Positions 9,702 to 21,490 of a DNA stretch of 64,000 bases are shown here, in pieces. Positions within the stretch are counted from its first letter, which is position 1. Every line of letters begins with the position of its first letter. Location: the NCBI GenBank assembly GCA_963749495.1, contig CAVVMW010000001.1, positions 192,001-256,000 of the forward strand. Reading direction: 5' to 3'. Source of the DNA: an uncultured bacterium (GTDB lineage: Bacteria; Verrucomicrobiota; Verrucomicrobiia; Limisphaerales; UBA8199). The position numbers were made by a program, and so were the translations under genes. The notes under the pieces were generated by a model. That model was not told the origin of the DNA and did no database searches. It saw nothing but the letters and a program-made list of their open reading frames with translations.

Positions 9702-10450
9702 CGGTTAAACGCCACCGCCTCCGCATAGCGCACCCCGCTGCCGCCAAAGATATCCAGCGCCGAGCCGATGGTCAGGTCAACCCGCCCCTGCCCCAACCGC
9801 GTCACCGCTTCCAGGTCAGCCAGCGAACTGGCGCCGCCGGCGTACGTGGCGGGGATGGGCGACCATTGCCCCAGGCGCGCGACCAACTCGGAGTCAATGC
9901 CGCGGCACAGCCCCTCGACATCAACGGCATGCACCAGGAACTCGGCGCACCAGGCGGCCAGTCGGGAGAGGGTCCCCGCCCCGATAGCCACTTCGGTGAA
10001 CCTCTGCCACCGGTCGGTCACGACCCGGTACTCACTCCCGTGCCGCCGGCAGCTCAGGTCGAGCACCAGCCGCTCCTTGCCGATGGCCGCGGCCAGTTGC
10101 CTCAAGCGCTCCCAGTCCACGCGTCCCTCGCGGAAGACCCAGGAAGTCACGATGACGTGCGACGCTCCCGCTTCGAGCCAGGCCCGGGCGTTTTCCAGGT
10201 TCACGCCGCCGCCCACCTGCAGGCCGCCCGGGTACGCCCCCAGCGCCGAACGCGCCGCCGCCTCGTTGCCAGCCCCCAGCAGGATGACGTGCCCGCCTGC
10301 CAGACCGTCCTTCTGGTAGAGTCGCGCGTACCACGCCGCCGGCCGGTCGGAGACAAAATTCGTGCGCAGTTGTCCGGGCCCGGCGCCGAGGGTGCCGCCG
10401 ACGATCTGCTTGACTTTGCCTTGGTGCAGGTCAATGCACGGGCGAAACAT
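9686..10450 (-). CDS. hisA: ProFAR isomerase, eukaryote-like (His6-type) HisA
   Basis: FRPCIDLHQGKVKQIVGGTL, GGHVILLG, LQVGGGV, LVLDLSCR, HAVDVEG, TYAGG, DLTIGSALDIFGG. Confidence 0.92.
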   Translation of the reverse strand: MFRPCIDLHQGKVKQIVGGTLGAGPGQLRTNFVSDRPAAWYARLYQKDGLAGGHVILLGAGNEAAARSALGAYPGGLQVGGGVNLENARAWLEAGASHVIVTSWVFREGRVDWERLRQLAAAIGKERLVLDLSCRRHGSEYRVVTDRWQRFTEVAIGAGTLSRLAAWCAEFLVHAVDVEGLCRGIDSELVARLGQWSPIPATYAGGASSLADLEAVTRLGQGRVDLTIGSALDIFGGSGVRYAEAVAFNRKAKG

Positions 10451-10454
10451 GGGG

Positions 10455-11992
<1,538 letters not shown>

Positions 11993-12024
11993 CCGGTGAA
12001 GGCGGAGACGAAGTGCCGGGCGGA

Positions 12025-12172
12025 CCCCTCACCCCGGCCCTCTCCCCTTCCAAAGGGGAGAGGGAGAAGCGTCGGCAGTCTCGGGAGTTTCCAGGCGTCT
12101 GCGCGTCCTCAAAGTGCCACCGAGAAGTCTCCCTCTCCCCTTCCGAAGGGGAGAGGGCCGGGGTGAGGGGTC
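12025..12172. repeat. REP doublet CCCTCACCCCGGCCCTCTCCCC...GGGAGAGGG
   Basis: Inverted pair; related halves at 46925-46950 and 47205-47240. Confidence 0.85.
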
Positions 12173-12387
12173 TGCCCCCTGACGCTCCCGCTTTCACTGA
12201 GCCCTACGCCATGAAGTGGAGTTAGCTTGACGAATGGGCGGGATTCCGTAGGATGTTAGTTATTGGCTGCTTCAGCGTCGTGGAACATGCGCATTTGCCG
12301 GCAACAGGGCGCAGTGGAACGCGCGGGCCTTGGCCCCCGCCGGCGCTGGAGCACACACCCGCCAGTTGACACGGAGGAACGTCATTC

Positions 12388-12833
12388 ATGAACCCAAACG
12401 GCACTATCAGCGAGATCTTGACTCACAAAGGGCGCAATGCCTGGTGCATTTCGCCCGAGGCCACGGTCTTCGAGGCAGTGCAACTGATGGCCGACAAGAA
12501 CGTCGGCGCGCTGCTGGTCACGGACAAGGCCAAGCTGGTGGGCATCATTTCGGAGCGTGATTACACGCGCAAGGTCGTGCTCAAGGGCAAGTCCTCCAGG
12601 CAAACGGCGGTGCGCGAAATTCTCTCGGGTCATGTCATCAGCGTGGGCCCGGGGCACACGGTCGAGGAGTGCATGCGGCTCATGACCGACCATCACATCC
12701 GGCACCTGCCCGTGCTGGAGGGTGACCAGGTTGTGGGGTGATCTCGATCGGCGACCTGGTCAACTGGATCATCTCCGCCCAGACGACCCGGATCAGCCAG
12801 TTGCAGACCTACATTGATGGGTATCCGTCGTGA
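12388..12833 (+). CDS. CBS-domain pair protein (frameshift near 12737)
   Basis: TVFEAVQLMADKNVGALLV, GIISERDY, IRHLPV; continues as VISIGDLVNWIIS...GYPS* in another frame. Confidence 0.88.
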
Positions 12834-12910
12834 AGGCGGGGCCAACCCCGGCATAGCTCGGCCTCCGGGCCTTTGTCGCAACCTTTGTCGCGGCCTTTGT
12901 CGAAGCACCA

Positions 12911-13109
12911 GGCCGTTGACAAAGTTGTAGCGCAGGTTTCCAAACCTGCTGTATCGCGGGTTTCCAAACCCGCAGGCCGTCCGCAAACCGGGCGCGCCCG
13001 ACATGCCGACGCCCTGCCGATTGGAAATCGGCGATACAGCAGGTTTGGAAACCTGCGCTACGCTGGCGCCGCTGGCGCACAGGCGCGCCGAGCGACTTTG
13101 TCAATGGCC
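12911..13109. mobile_element. 199-bp MITE-like element, copy 1 (termini GGCCGTTGACAAA / TTTGTCAATGGCC; internal GTAGCGCAGGTTTCCAAACCTGC REP doublet)
   Basis: Second copy at 28501-28700 has the same termini and internal layout. Confidence 0.7.
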
Positions 13110-13191
13110 CCGTGTCGAGGCATCGTCGATTAGACGACGGTTTCGACAAGGTTCGGCGCACCTTTCACTCCCGCGCGTGCGGGACAGGGGA

Positions 13192-13222
13192 ACTCCGCAT
13201 TCCGCACTCCGCATTCCGCACT
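13192..13222. repeat. Heptamer array (A[CT]TCCGC)x4 between duplicated folB 3' ends
   Basis: Direct repeats at 13164-13189 and 13226-13252. Confidence 0.9.
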
Positions 13223-13226
13223 TTAT

Positions 13227-13587
13227 TCACTTCCCGCGCGTGCGGGACAGGGTCACCGAGACGTAGCGCGCCTGCGGGACGGCGAACTTCTTGACCTCCA
13301 CCGTGACCGCCTGCGGGCGGTAACGGGTCAGGATGCGCTCGGCGATGTCCCCGGCCAGTTTCTCCAGGAGTTTCCAGCCTCCGGCCCTGCCCGTAGGCGA
13401 GCAAGTCCCGCGCGACGTCATGGTAGTCGATGGTCTGCTCGATCCGGTCGCTCACGGAGGCGCTGGAGAAATCGAAATGGAGGTCCAGGCTCAGCAGCAG
13501 GCGTTGCGGCCTGGCCCGCTCCTGGTCGGGAACGCCCACGCAATAGAACACTTCCAGGTCGGCAATGCTGACCTTGGACGCGTTCAT
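13227..13587 (-). CDS. folB: Dihydroneopterin aldolase (frameshift near 13380)
   Basis: VGVPDQERARPQRLLL, SDRIEQTIDY, (W)KLLEKLA, VEVKK. Confidence 0.9.
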
Positions 13588-13617
13588 CGTTGGTTCTCTG
13601 TCCATTTGGATACCTGC

Positions 13618-14686
13618 TTAGCGGGCCTCCGCGGCGGCCAGCAACAGCTTGCGAGTCGGCTGGTTCAGCGGCAGGGCCAGGGCCTGCTCCGGGGCGAGCC
13701 AACGGAACTCGCGCGCCTCCTCGTTGAGCGTGACCGCCGGGGCGCCACAGCAGCGGCAGGCATAGTTGAGCAGCACAAAGTGCGCGTCCCGGTAAAACTC
13801 CGGCGAGTGGATACAATCCTGCACCAGGACAAACCGGATGCCGGTGATGTCGAGGGCGGTTTCCTCCTTGATCTCGCGGCGCAGGGCCTGCTCGGAGGTC
13901 TCGCCCCACTTGACCTTGCCGCCCGGGATGCCCCAGAGGTTGGACCACTTGGGCGTGCGAACCATCAGGACGCGTCCGTCCGCATCGAAGACCAGCGCCC
14001 CGACGGTGACGACGGGCAGGCGGGCCTCGGCGGAGGGGGCGCGCGCCGGGCGCAGGCACAGGCCGTTGCGCTCGAGGATCTCGCGCAGCTCGCCCAGGTG
14101 CTCGACGATGAGGTCGGGCGCCGCCGCGCGGAGTTGAGCCAGGGTGTTGTAGCCGGTCAGCACGGCGCAGGAGTGGACGCCGCCGTGCCGGGCAGTCTCA
14201 ATGTCATGCTGCATGTCGCCCACCAGCAGCGTTTCATCCGGATTGAGGCGGTTTTCCTGCAGGACCTCATGAATCTTCTGTCGTTTGTCCCGGACCCCGG
14301 TGTAGGGCCGTTCCAGGTATTGGTCGAAGCCGGTGACGGCGGTCTGGGCGGCGAAGTGGTCGGGATGAATGGTGCTGAGCAGGAAGGCGCGCAGGGAGCG
14401 GGCGCGGCAGAATTGGAGGAACTCCCGGGCGTGGGGCAGTTCGCAGACCGAGTTCCTGCACCTGGCGGAAATGGCTGTGGAACCAGGCCTCCAATTGCGG
14501 CAACGGCACGTGCGGCACGTGCCGATCATAGAACAGCGTAAAGGGCAGGCAGAACTCCGCACGGAACTCCTCCAGGCTCAACTCCGCCCGTTGCGCTTGC
14601 GCCAGAACGCAATTGGTCGCCTTCCACACGGCCGACAGGTCGTCCACCAGTGTCCCCGACCAATCGAACAGGATGTTCCGAATCAC
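13618..14686 (-). CDS. HAD-family hydrolase fused to a NUDIX hydrolase (frameshift near 14452)
   Basis: HAD: ILFDWSGTLVDD, LLST, K, VGDMQHD. NUDIX box: GGKVKWGETSEQALRREIKEETAL. Confidence 0.88.
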
Positions 14687-14704
14687 CCCAGGAGTCTAAC
14701 GCAG

Positions 14705-14810
14705 AAAGGCTAAAGGCTAAAGGCTAAAGGCTGAAGGAAAGGCTAAAGGCACCCGAGGCACCATCTAGGGAGTTTGGCCTTTAGCCTTCAGCCTTCAGCC
14801 TTTAGCCTTC
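14705..14810. repeat. Inverted heptamer pair (AAAGGCT)n ... (AGCCTT[TC])n
   Basis: Arms at 14705-14750 and 14777-14810; the right arm contains the trpF stop. Confidence 0.92.
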
Positions 14811-15422
14811 TTTCTTTGCGGCCTGGATAAAGGCCCGCACCTTCCGGGGGTCTTTTCGGCCCGGGGCGGCTTCGACACCGGTGGAGACATCCACGGCGTA
14901 GGGCCGCACGCGCCGCACGGCTTCGCCAACATTCTCCGGCGTGAGGCCCCCGGCCAGGAAGATGGGGCGCCCCAGTTTCCGGGCCTCGATGGCGAGGTCC
15001 CAGTTGAAGGTCTGGCCCGAGCCGCCCGGCTTGTCCGGTGCGCAGGCGTCCAGCAGCCAGGCCTGGGTCGGGTACTCCGCCAGGCGCTGGAGTGAATCGG
15101 CGCTCTCGATGCGAAAGGCCTTCATGCTCATCAGGCCGAACTGCAGGCAATACTCGGCGGATTCGCCGCCGTGGAATTGCAGCAGGCCCAGCCCGCACTG
15201 GCTGATGGCCCGGAAAACCAGGTCCTCGGGCGCATCGACGAATACGCCCACCCGGACCAGGAAGGGCGGCAGTTCACGGAGGATGCCCGCTGCCGTCTCG
15301 ACCGAGACGTAGCGCGGGCTCGGCTCGTAAAACACAAAGCCCAAGGCATCCGCCCCCGCCTCGGCGGCCAACTGCGCGTCGGCCAGGCTCGTGATGCCGC
15401 AGATTTTGACTCTGACGGACAT
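14802..15422 (-). CDS. trpF: Phosphoribosylanthranilate isomerase
   Basis: VKICGIT, GADALGFVF, SPRYV, LQFHGGES, LLD, GGSG, LAGGLTPENV, VDVSTGVE; true start MSVRVK at 15422. Confidence 0.95.
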   Translation of the reverse strand: MSVRVKICGITSLADAQLAAEAGADALGFVFYEPSPRYVSVETAAGILRELPPFLVRVGVFVDAPEDLVFRAISQCGLGLLQFHGGESAEYCLQFGLMSMKAFRIESADSLQRLAEYPTQAWLLDACAPDKPGGSGQTFNWDLAIEARKLGRPIFLAGGLTPENVGEAVRRVRPYAVDVSTGVEAAPGRKDPRKVRAFIQAAKKEG

Positions 15423-15515
15423 GCCAAAGCATTCCATGCTGCCCAGCCGGCACAACCGGAAAAACGAGCTTGATTTACCGCTTGCGCCGGGGGGAAGAAT
15501 CGCTAATGTGTCACA

Positions 15516-16358
15516 GTGACCTGGTTTACGGATCCACAAACCGCCGATCGGCATTTCTTCTTGCTGGCGGTGGCGCTTTATGGGCTGGGCATGGTTCACT
15601 CGGTGTTTTTGTGGCGGAAAGGGTTTCGGCGGGACAACCACGTGAATTACCTGGTGCTGCTGGGGGCGTTCGGGCTGCACACGATAGCGATGCTGGAGCG
15701 GGGCCTGAGGTTGCGGCATTGCCCGGTCAACAACTTGTACGAGGCGACGGCGTTCGTGATGTGGACTGTGGTGGCGGCCTACCTGGTGGTGGGGCTCTGG
15801 TCGCGGTTGCGGTTTCTGGGGGCGTTTGCCTCGCCCGGGCTTTTTGCGCTCGGGGTGTTTGCGCTCATGCCCCGGCTGGATTTGCCCCACGGGGCGCGCC
15901 CGGAATTGCCGGTGGTGTGGACCAGCGTCCACGCGGCGTTGATGGCGCTGTCCTATGGGGCGTTTGGCCTGAGCGCGGTGGCGGCGGTCATGTACCTGTC
16001 CCAGGAGCGCAACTTGAAGCAGCACAAGACAAAGGCCATTTTCGCGCTGATGCCGTCCATCCAGCGGCTGGAGGCGGTGGTGGGGCGGCTGTTGCTGGCC
16101 GGGTTCGTGGTGTTGACCGTCGGGCTGGCCGTCGGGGCTTTTGATTTGGCACACCTGAAGGACCCGCACACGTATGCGGGTGACCTGAAGGTGGTCTGGT
16201 CGGCGCTGGTCTGGGTGATTTACCTGGGCTTGCTGGTGATGCGTTGGCGTTTCGCGCAGGGCGGGCGGCGCTTCGCCCTGGGCGCCCTGGGCACATTCGT
16301 GTTTGTGCTGCTGACCTTTTGGGGGACCAACGTGTTGTCCCCGATTCACAATCCATAA
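15516..16358 (+). CDS. Cytochrome c assembly (CcsA/HemX-like) membrane protein
   Basis: About 8 TM segments, CPVNNLYE, WTSVHAAL, DLKVVWS; lies directly upstream of hemA. Confidence 0.85.
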   Translation: MTWFTDPQTADRHFFLLAVALYGLGMVHSVFLWRKGFRRDNHVNYLVLLGAFGLHTIAMLERGLRLRHCPVNNLYEATAFVMWTVVAAYLVVGLWSRLRFLGAFASPGLFALGVFALMPRLDLPHGARPELPVVWTSVHAALMALSYGAFGLSAVAAVMYLSQERNLKQHKTKAIFALMPSIQRLEAVVGRLLLAGFVVLTVGLAVGAFDLAHLKDPHTYAGDLKVVWSALVWVIYLGLLVMRWRFAQGGRRFALGALGTFVFVLLTFWGTNVLSPIHNP

Positions 16359-16409
16359 ACGGCTCTCAGATGGACATCCCGATTTGGACCTCTCCCGGCA
16401 CTTGCTGAC

Positions 16410-17473
16410 ATGCCCATCGTCGTCATCGGTCTAAGCCATCACTCCTCGCCGGTCACCGTGCGCGAGCGGTTTGCCTTTGCCGAGGCGCGGGTGCCGGAGG
16501 CGCTGGAGCAACTCCGCCGCTCCGGCATTGCCCAGGAGGCGGTCATCCTCTCGACGTGCAACCGGGTCGAGATCTACGCCGCCAGTTCGCTGGAGCCGCC
16601 CGGGCCTGCAGCGCGTTGCAGCAATTCCTGGCCGACTGCCACGATTGCCGGGAGCCGCTCACCGACGAGGTCTATGCCTTGGGCGAACCCCAGAGCCTCT
16701 TTCACCTCTTCCGGGTGGCCTGCGGCCTGGACTCGATGGTGCTGGGGGAGACCGAGATCCTGGGGCAACTCAAGAAGGCCTACGACCTGGCCCTGCGCAA
16801 CGGCCACACCGGCAGCCGGTTGAACAAGGCCTTTCAGCGCGCCTTCAACTGCGCCAAACACATCCGCACGGCAACCAACATCCAGCGCGGCAGCGTGTCG
16901 ATCGGCTCGGTGGCCGTCGAGTTGGCGGAGAAGATCTTCAGCAACCTGGCCGAGCGCCAGGTGATGGTGATCGGGGCCGGAGACACCAGCGAGAAGACGG
17001 CGCGGGCGCTGCTCTCGCGCGGGGCGCACAGCATCGTGGTGACCAACCGCTCCTATGACAAGGCCCTGGCCCTGGCCAAGGAATTGGGCGGACGCGCCGT
17101 GGCCTTCGATGACTGGGCAAGCCAGTTCGCGGCCATCGATATCATCATCAGCAGCACCTCCGCCCCGCATTATATCCTGGACCGCGCCCGGCTGGGGCCG
17201 CTGCTCAAGCTGCGTCCCAACCGGCCGCTGCTGCTGATCGACATCGCCGTGCCGCGCGACATCGAGCCGGACGTCAATTTCCTGGAGAACGTCTTCCTCT
17301 ACAACATTGATGACTTGCAGGCGATTGCGGACGACTACCTCAAACAGCGGCGGGAAGAGGTGGCCCGGTGCGAGAAGATCATCCGTGAAAAGGCCCAGGC
17401 GCTGCTCGGGCACCACGGCAGCCCGCAACTCCCGTCGGCGGGGCAGCCGGCCTTCGAGCGCAAGCAAGCTTAG
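16410..17473 (+). CDS. hemA: Glutamyl-tRNA reductase (frameshift near 16600)
   Basis: LSTCNRVEIY, HLFRVACGLDSMVLGETEILGQ, IGAG, DIAVPRDI. Confidence 0.93.
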
Positions 17474-17494
17474 CAATCGCGCTTTCAACCCCGG

Positions 17495-18517
17495 ATGAAC
17501 ACGGACACGTTCGTCATCGCCACCCGGGGCAGCGCCCTGGCCCTGGCCCAGGCCAACCTGGTCCTGGCCCAGTGCCGCGCCGCCTTTGCCCGGCTCACTT
17601 TCGAGCTGAAGCTGGTCAAGACCACCGGCGACAAGCTCCAGACCGCCTCGATGGCGCAGGAGGGCAAGGACCTGCCCAAGGGGCTCTTCACCAAGGAACT
17701 GGAGGTCGCCTTGCTCAAGGGCAAAGCCGACCTGGCCGTCCACAGCCTCAAGGACCTGCCGACCGAGCTGCCGGCGGGGCTGAGGCTGGGCGCGGTGAGC
17801 AAACGCGCCGACGCGCGCGACGTGCTCATCTATCGCGATGCGGAGTATTTGCGCGCCATCGAGGCCGAGCGGGGGGCGGCCGACTGGACGCCCGGCCAGG
17901 CCGCCCGCCGCGGCTTTGCGCCCAGGCTGGCCGTGACGGACCTGCCGGCCGGAGCCGTGGTGGCGACCAGCAGCACCCGGCGCAAGGCCCAGTTGCTGGC
18001 GCTGCATCCCGGCCTGAACGTCCCGGGCATCCGCGGCAACGTGGTGACCCGGTTGCAAAAGCTGGCGCAACGGGCCGAGTTGGACGCCACCGTGCTGGCC
18101 TTGGCCGGCATCAGCCGCCTCAATTTCAGCGTCAGCCCCGAAGGCCGGCTCGAAGGCGATGCCGTCCCGGACGGTCTGCTGGCCACGGTGCTCGAGACCG
18201 AGGTCATGCTGCCATGTGTCGGCCAGGGCGCCATCGGGATCGAGGTTCGCGCGGACGACGAGCGGATAGCGGCGATCTGCCAGCGGCTCAACCATTTCAA
18301 CAGCCTGCAAGCCGTGACCGCCGAGCGCGCCTTCCTGGCGGCCATGGGCGGCGGCTGCCAGAGCCCCGTGGCCGCCTACGCCGAGGTCGTGGGCACCCAG
18401 TTGCTCCTGCGCGCCCTCTCGTTCGCCTCAGGTCCCGTCCGCCGCGCCCAAGCCAAAGGCCCTCTCAAGGAACCGGTGGAGTTGGGCCAGAAAGTTGCGG
18501 CGGAGTTGAAAGGCTGA
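17495..18517 (+). CDS. hemC: Hydroxymethylbilane synthase
   Basis: ATRGSALALAQ, TTGD, KGLFTKELE, AVHSLKDLP, TSSTRR, IRGNV, GGGCQSPV. Confidence 0.95.
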   Translation: MNTDTFVIATRGSALALAQANLVLAQCRAAFARLTFELKLVKTTGDKLQTASMAQEGKDLPKGLFTKELEVALLKGKADLAVHSLKDLPTELPAGLRLGAVSKRADARDVLIYRDAEYLRAIEAERGAADWTPGQAARRGFAPRLAVTDLPAGAVVATSSTRRKAQLLALHPGLNVPGIRGNVVTRLQKLAQRAELDATVLALAGISRLNFSVSPEGRLEGDAVPDGLLATVLETEVMLPCVGQGAIGIEVRADDERIAAICQRLNHFNSLQAVTAERAFLAAMGGGCQSPVAAYAEVVGTQLLLRALSFASGPVRRAQAKGPLKEPVELGQKVAAELKG

Positions 18518-18523
18518 AGTCAC

Positions 18524-18771
18524 CGCGTAGCGGTGTGTGAAGGTAGCCGTGGACTTCAGTCCACGGACCTATGGCCCAAGCTCACCTGCGTCGCGTAGCG
18601 ACGCCTGAAAACAGGATTCGTCCCCCGCGCGCGGGCCGTCAGGCGTCGCTACGCAACGCGAGACCATTGCCAGCCGCGAACCGTGGACCGAGGTCCACGG
18701 CTACCTTCACTGCGTCGCTCCGCGACGCACGCGCTGCGTCATTCGTCATTCGTCATTCGTCATTCGTCATT
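18524..18771. repeat. REP cluster (GTAGCCGTGGAC..GTCCACGG / CGTCGCGTAGCGACG) followed by (CGTCATT)x5
   Basis: Same family at 46958-47205 and 50593-50800; heptamer array at 18737-18771. Confidence 0.88.
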
Positions 18772-18781
18772 GCCCCCGCCC

Positions 18782-19600
18782 TCACCCCCGCTCCGGCACA
18801 GCGAAGATGTCGAAATGCTCCCAGCGCATCATGTCTTGCTGGCTGAGTTCCGGGCCCGCGTAGTCGTCGTCCGCATTGAACTTATGGACCCGGTAGCCCA
18901 AGCCGCGGAGGTCCCGGTAGTAGGCCTGGCGGGGTTCGGCGGGCAGGTGCTGGTAAATCTCCGATTTGATGAAGGGATGGTTGGCGGCCAGCAACTCCTT
19001 GAGCGAGGCCGCTACGCTCCGGTCAAAGCCCTCCGTGTCAATCTTGATGTAGCGGACGCGGCCCAACTCCCGAGGGAACTCCGCCTTGAGATAGTTGAGG
19101 AGGTTCCTGCCCTGGACCTGCATTGTGAAGAAATGGCCGTGGCGCCACGCACTGATGCCCTCGTGCAGGCCGCCGTTGCAGAAGCCCGAATCGGAGTATT
19201 GAAACTCGAACGTGCCGTCCTGGGGCGTGGCGGCGAACATCAATGGGAAGATGTTCGTCTTCTTCCGGTTCAGGCCGGCGTTGGCCAACAGGACTTTGAA
19301 GGTCATCGGGTTGGGCTCCAGCGCGAACACGGCGCCCTGGGGCCCGGCCGCCAGCGCCATCGGCAGGGCGGTGTCCCCGGTGTGCGCCCCGATGTTGATC
19401 GCCACGTCGCCCGCCTTGAGGAACCCGCGGAGGGCATCGACGGCCCCCTGTGAAAACTCCTTGCGCTGCTCCTTGGGATGGCGCCACCGCGCAAAGCAAA
19501 TCTCCCCCTCCCGCGCCAGGACAAACCGCTCCAGGTCGAAGGGATACTCGCGCGCCCCCGGCCTGAGACCCAGGCCGTAGAAGATCTCCTTCAGCTTCAT
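18782..19600 (-). CDS. FkbM family methyltransferase
   Basis: I(N)IGAHTG, VFALEPNP, YIKIDTEGFD. Confidence 0.88.
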   Translation of the reverse strand: MKLKEIFYGLGLRPGAREYPFDLERFVLAREGEICFARWRHPKEQRKEFSQGAVDALRGFLKAGDVAINIGAHTGDTALPMALAAGPQGAVFALEPNPMTFKVLLANAGLNRKKTNIFPLMFAATPQDGTFEFQYSDSGFCNGGLHEGISAWRHGHFFTMQVQGRNLLNYLKAEFPRELGRVRYIKIDTEGFDRSVAASLKELLAANHPFIKSEIYQHLPAEPRQAYYRDLRGLGYRVHKFNADDDYAGPELSQQDMMRWEHFDIFAVPERG

Positions 19601-19688
19601 GCAGACAGGTTGCCGAAGCTGCCTGCCCCGCGCAAGGCCAACTCCGCATTTGCCCCGGCTCCGGCGCCGTCTTAGTCTGCAAACGAGC

Positions 19689-20433
19689 ATGTTGAACCGA
19701 GACTTTTTGCACGTCCCGAATTTCACGGGCTACATGGGCGTGATCTTCGAGATGATCCAGTCGGGCCGGCCGGGGCAGAAGATCCTGGACATCCCGGCCG
19801 GGCAGGGGGTGCTGGCGGCGCGGCTGCGGGAGTGCGGGCACCAGGTGCATTGCGCGGACATAGACCGCACCAGGCCGGGCTGCGTCTATGCCGACATGAA
19901 CGAGCCGCTCCCGTTCCAGGACGCCGAGTTCGATCTCTGCCTCTGCATGGAGGGGATCGAGCACGTCCTGGACCCGACCCTCCTGATCCGGGAACTGTGC
20001 CGCGTCACCCGGCCCGGCGGACGGATTATCCTCTCCTTGCCCAACATTCAAAACGCCTATTCGCGGTTTAACTTTCTGTGCGCCGGCTACTTCTTCCAGT
20101 TCAGCCCGGACATGGGCCGGCACCTGCCGGCGGGCCGGCCCATCAACCGCGGCCACATCTCGCCCCTGACCTACCTGCAGTTGCGCTACCTCTTCGAGCA
20201 TTACGGCGCCCGGCTGGTCTCGGTGCGCGGTGACCGGTGGAAAAAGAAATGGCTCATCCCTTTCCTGCTGCCCTTCTTCGCCTTGGGCTGGCTCTGGGGC
20301 CGAATCGAGCCTGCGCGGCCAGCCCAGGGAGCGCAAGGCGCAGAGCCTCGAAAAACTCCGCCAACTCCATTCCCCAAGCGTCCTCTTCGGCCGCTCGCTC
20401 ATCCTGGACTTCGTCCGCCAGCCAGAACCATGA
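19689..20433 (+). CDS. Class I SAM-dependent methyltransferase (frameshift near 20305)
   Basis: ILDIPAGQG, DMNEPLPFQDAEFD, EGIEHV, RVTRPGG; the C-terminus LFGRSLIL is in another frame. Confidence 0.82.
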
Positions 20434-20477
20434 CGGACCCATCCCCAGATCCGAAATCCGAAGCACAAAACCCGAAA

Positions 20478-20552
20478 TGGCAGAAAAATGGGGGCAGAAA
20501 AATAGCGGCAAAATGGATGCTCTTCATGTTTCTGCCCCCATTTTTCTGCCAT
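20478..20552. repeat. Inverted repeat TGGCAGAAAAATGGGGGCAGAAA / TTTCTGCCCCCATTTTTCTGCCA
   Basis: Near-perfect arms; a single arm recurs at about 23857-23880. Confidence 0.8.
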
Positions 20553-20581
20553 TTCCGGATTTCGTTTCGCTCTGCCGCTTC

Positions 20582-21336
20582 CTACCCCGAGGCCGCGCCC
20601 CAGGGGAGCGGGACCTTGGGGCTGTTGGCGTTGCCGCTGCCCGACACCAGGGGTGCCGGCTGGGCGTGCCTAAGGTGCGTCAGGCGTAGAGCATGAGGTA
20701 GGCAATGAAAAAGAAGACGCCGAACAGGACAGGGAAAACCAATGAAGCCCGGCGTCCGAATGGATTGGCCGCCCAGAAACCGATGCCGTGGTACACACTG
20801 GCCGGGCGCACAAGGACATCCCAACTGTTGAGCCGCAGAAAGCGGCCGAGCCAGACGCCGAAACCGCTCAGGCCGGCGACGCCGGCGGTGAACAGCCAAC
20901 TGGCCGCGCCGCCCAGCAGGCGTCTGACGATCCCCTGCATCAGGTAGAGCGAGACGAAACCGAGCACCAGGCCCGTCAGCGCGCAGGTCAGAATCAACAT
21001 CATGTCCACCCACACATGGGCCGAGAACCGCGCGGTGAGGTGGATCAAATCGGTGAAAATATACGGCGCATTGGGGAAGAACAGCAGCCACACGCCCGCC
21101 AGGGCCGCGAAACGCCAACTCCGCCCCCGCCCCCGCTCGAAGCTCCGTTGCGCCAGCAGCGCCAATACCAGCGGCAGCCACGCCAAAAACAGGTTCCAGG
21201 CCAGAAAACCGTAGCGCAGGTTGCGGGTCCAAACGATTCGCCCAAACACCAGCCCCAGGCACACCGCCGACGCAAACCCCAGCGCCAGCATCGGCATCAC
21301 CGTCTCCCGCCTCAGTGCAAATCTCAACAGCTTCAT
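20582..21336 (-). CDS. DUF1361 family membrane protein (frameshift near 20685)
   Basis: WNLFLAWLP, WLLFFPNAPYIFTDLIHL, GRFLRLNSWD. Confidence 0.88.
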
Positions 21337-21364
21337 ACGATAGACGACATCTCTCTTAGACCCC

Positions 21365-21486
21365 ATTCCTCGTTCGTCATTCATCATTCCTCATTCGTCA
21401 TTTACCGCGCGGCAACCCAGCGACACTCAGAATCTTGCATTCCGCACTCCGCATTCCGCACTCCGCACTCCATTCGTTCGTCATTT
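21365..21486. repeat. Heptamer arrays (ATTCGTC-like and TCCGCA[CT])
   Basis: 21365-21402 and 21438-21486, next to the DAHP synthase stop. Confidence 0.85.
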
Positions 21487-21490
21487 CCCC

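Noticed and set aside
14802..16349. 515-aa extended TrpF fusion
   Set aside because: The N-terminal 309 aa are the antisense of the ccsA-like gene; TrpF starts at 15422.
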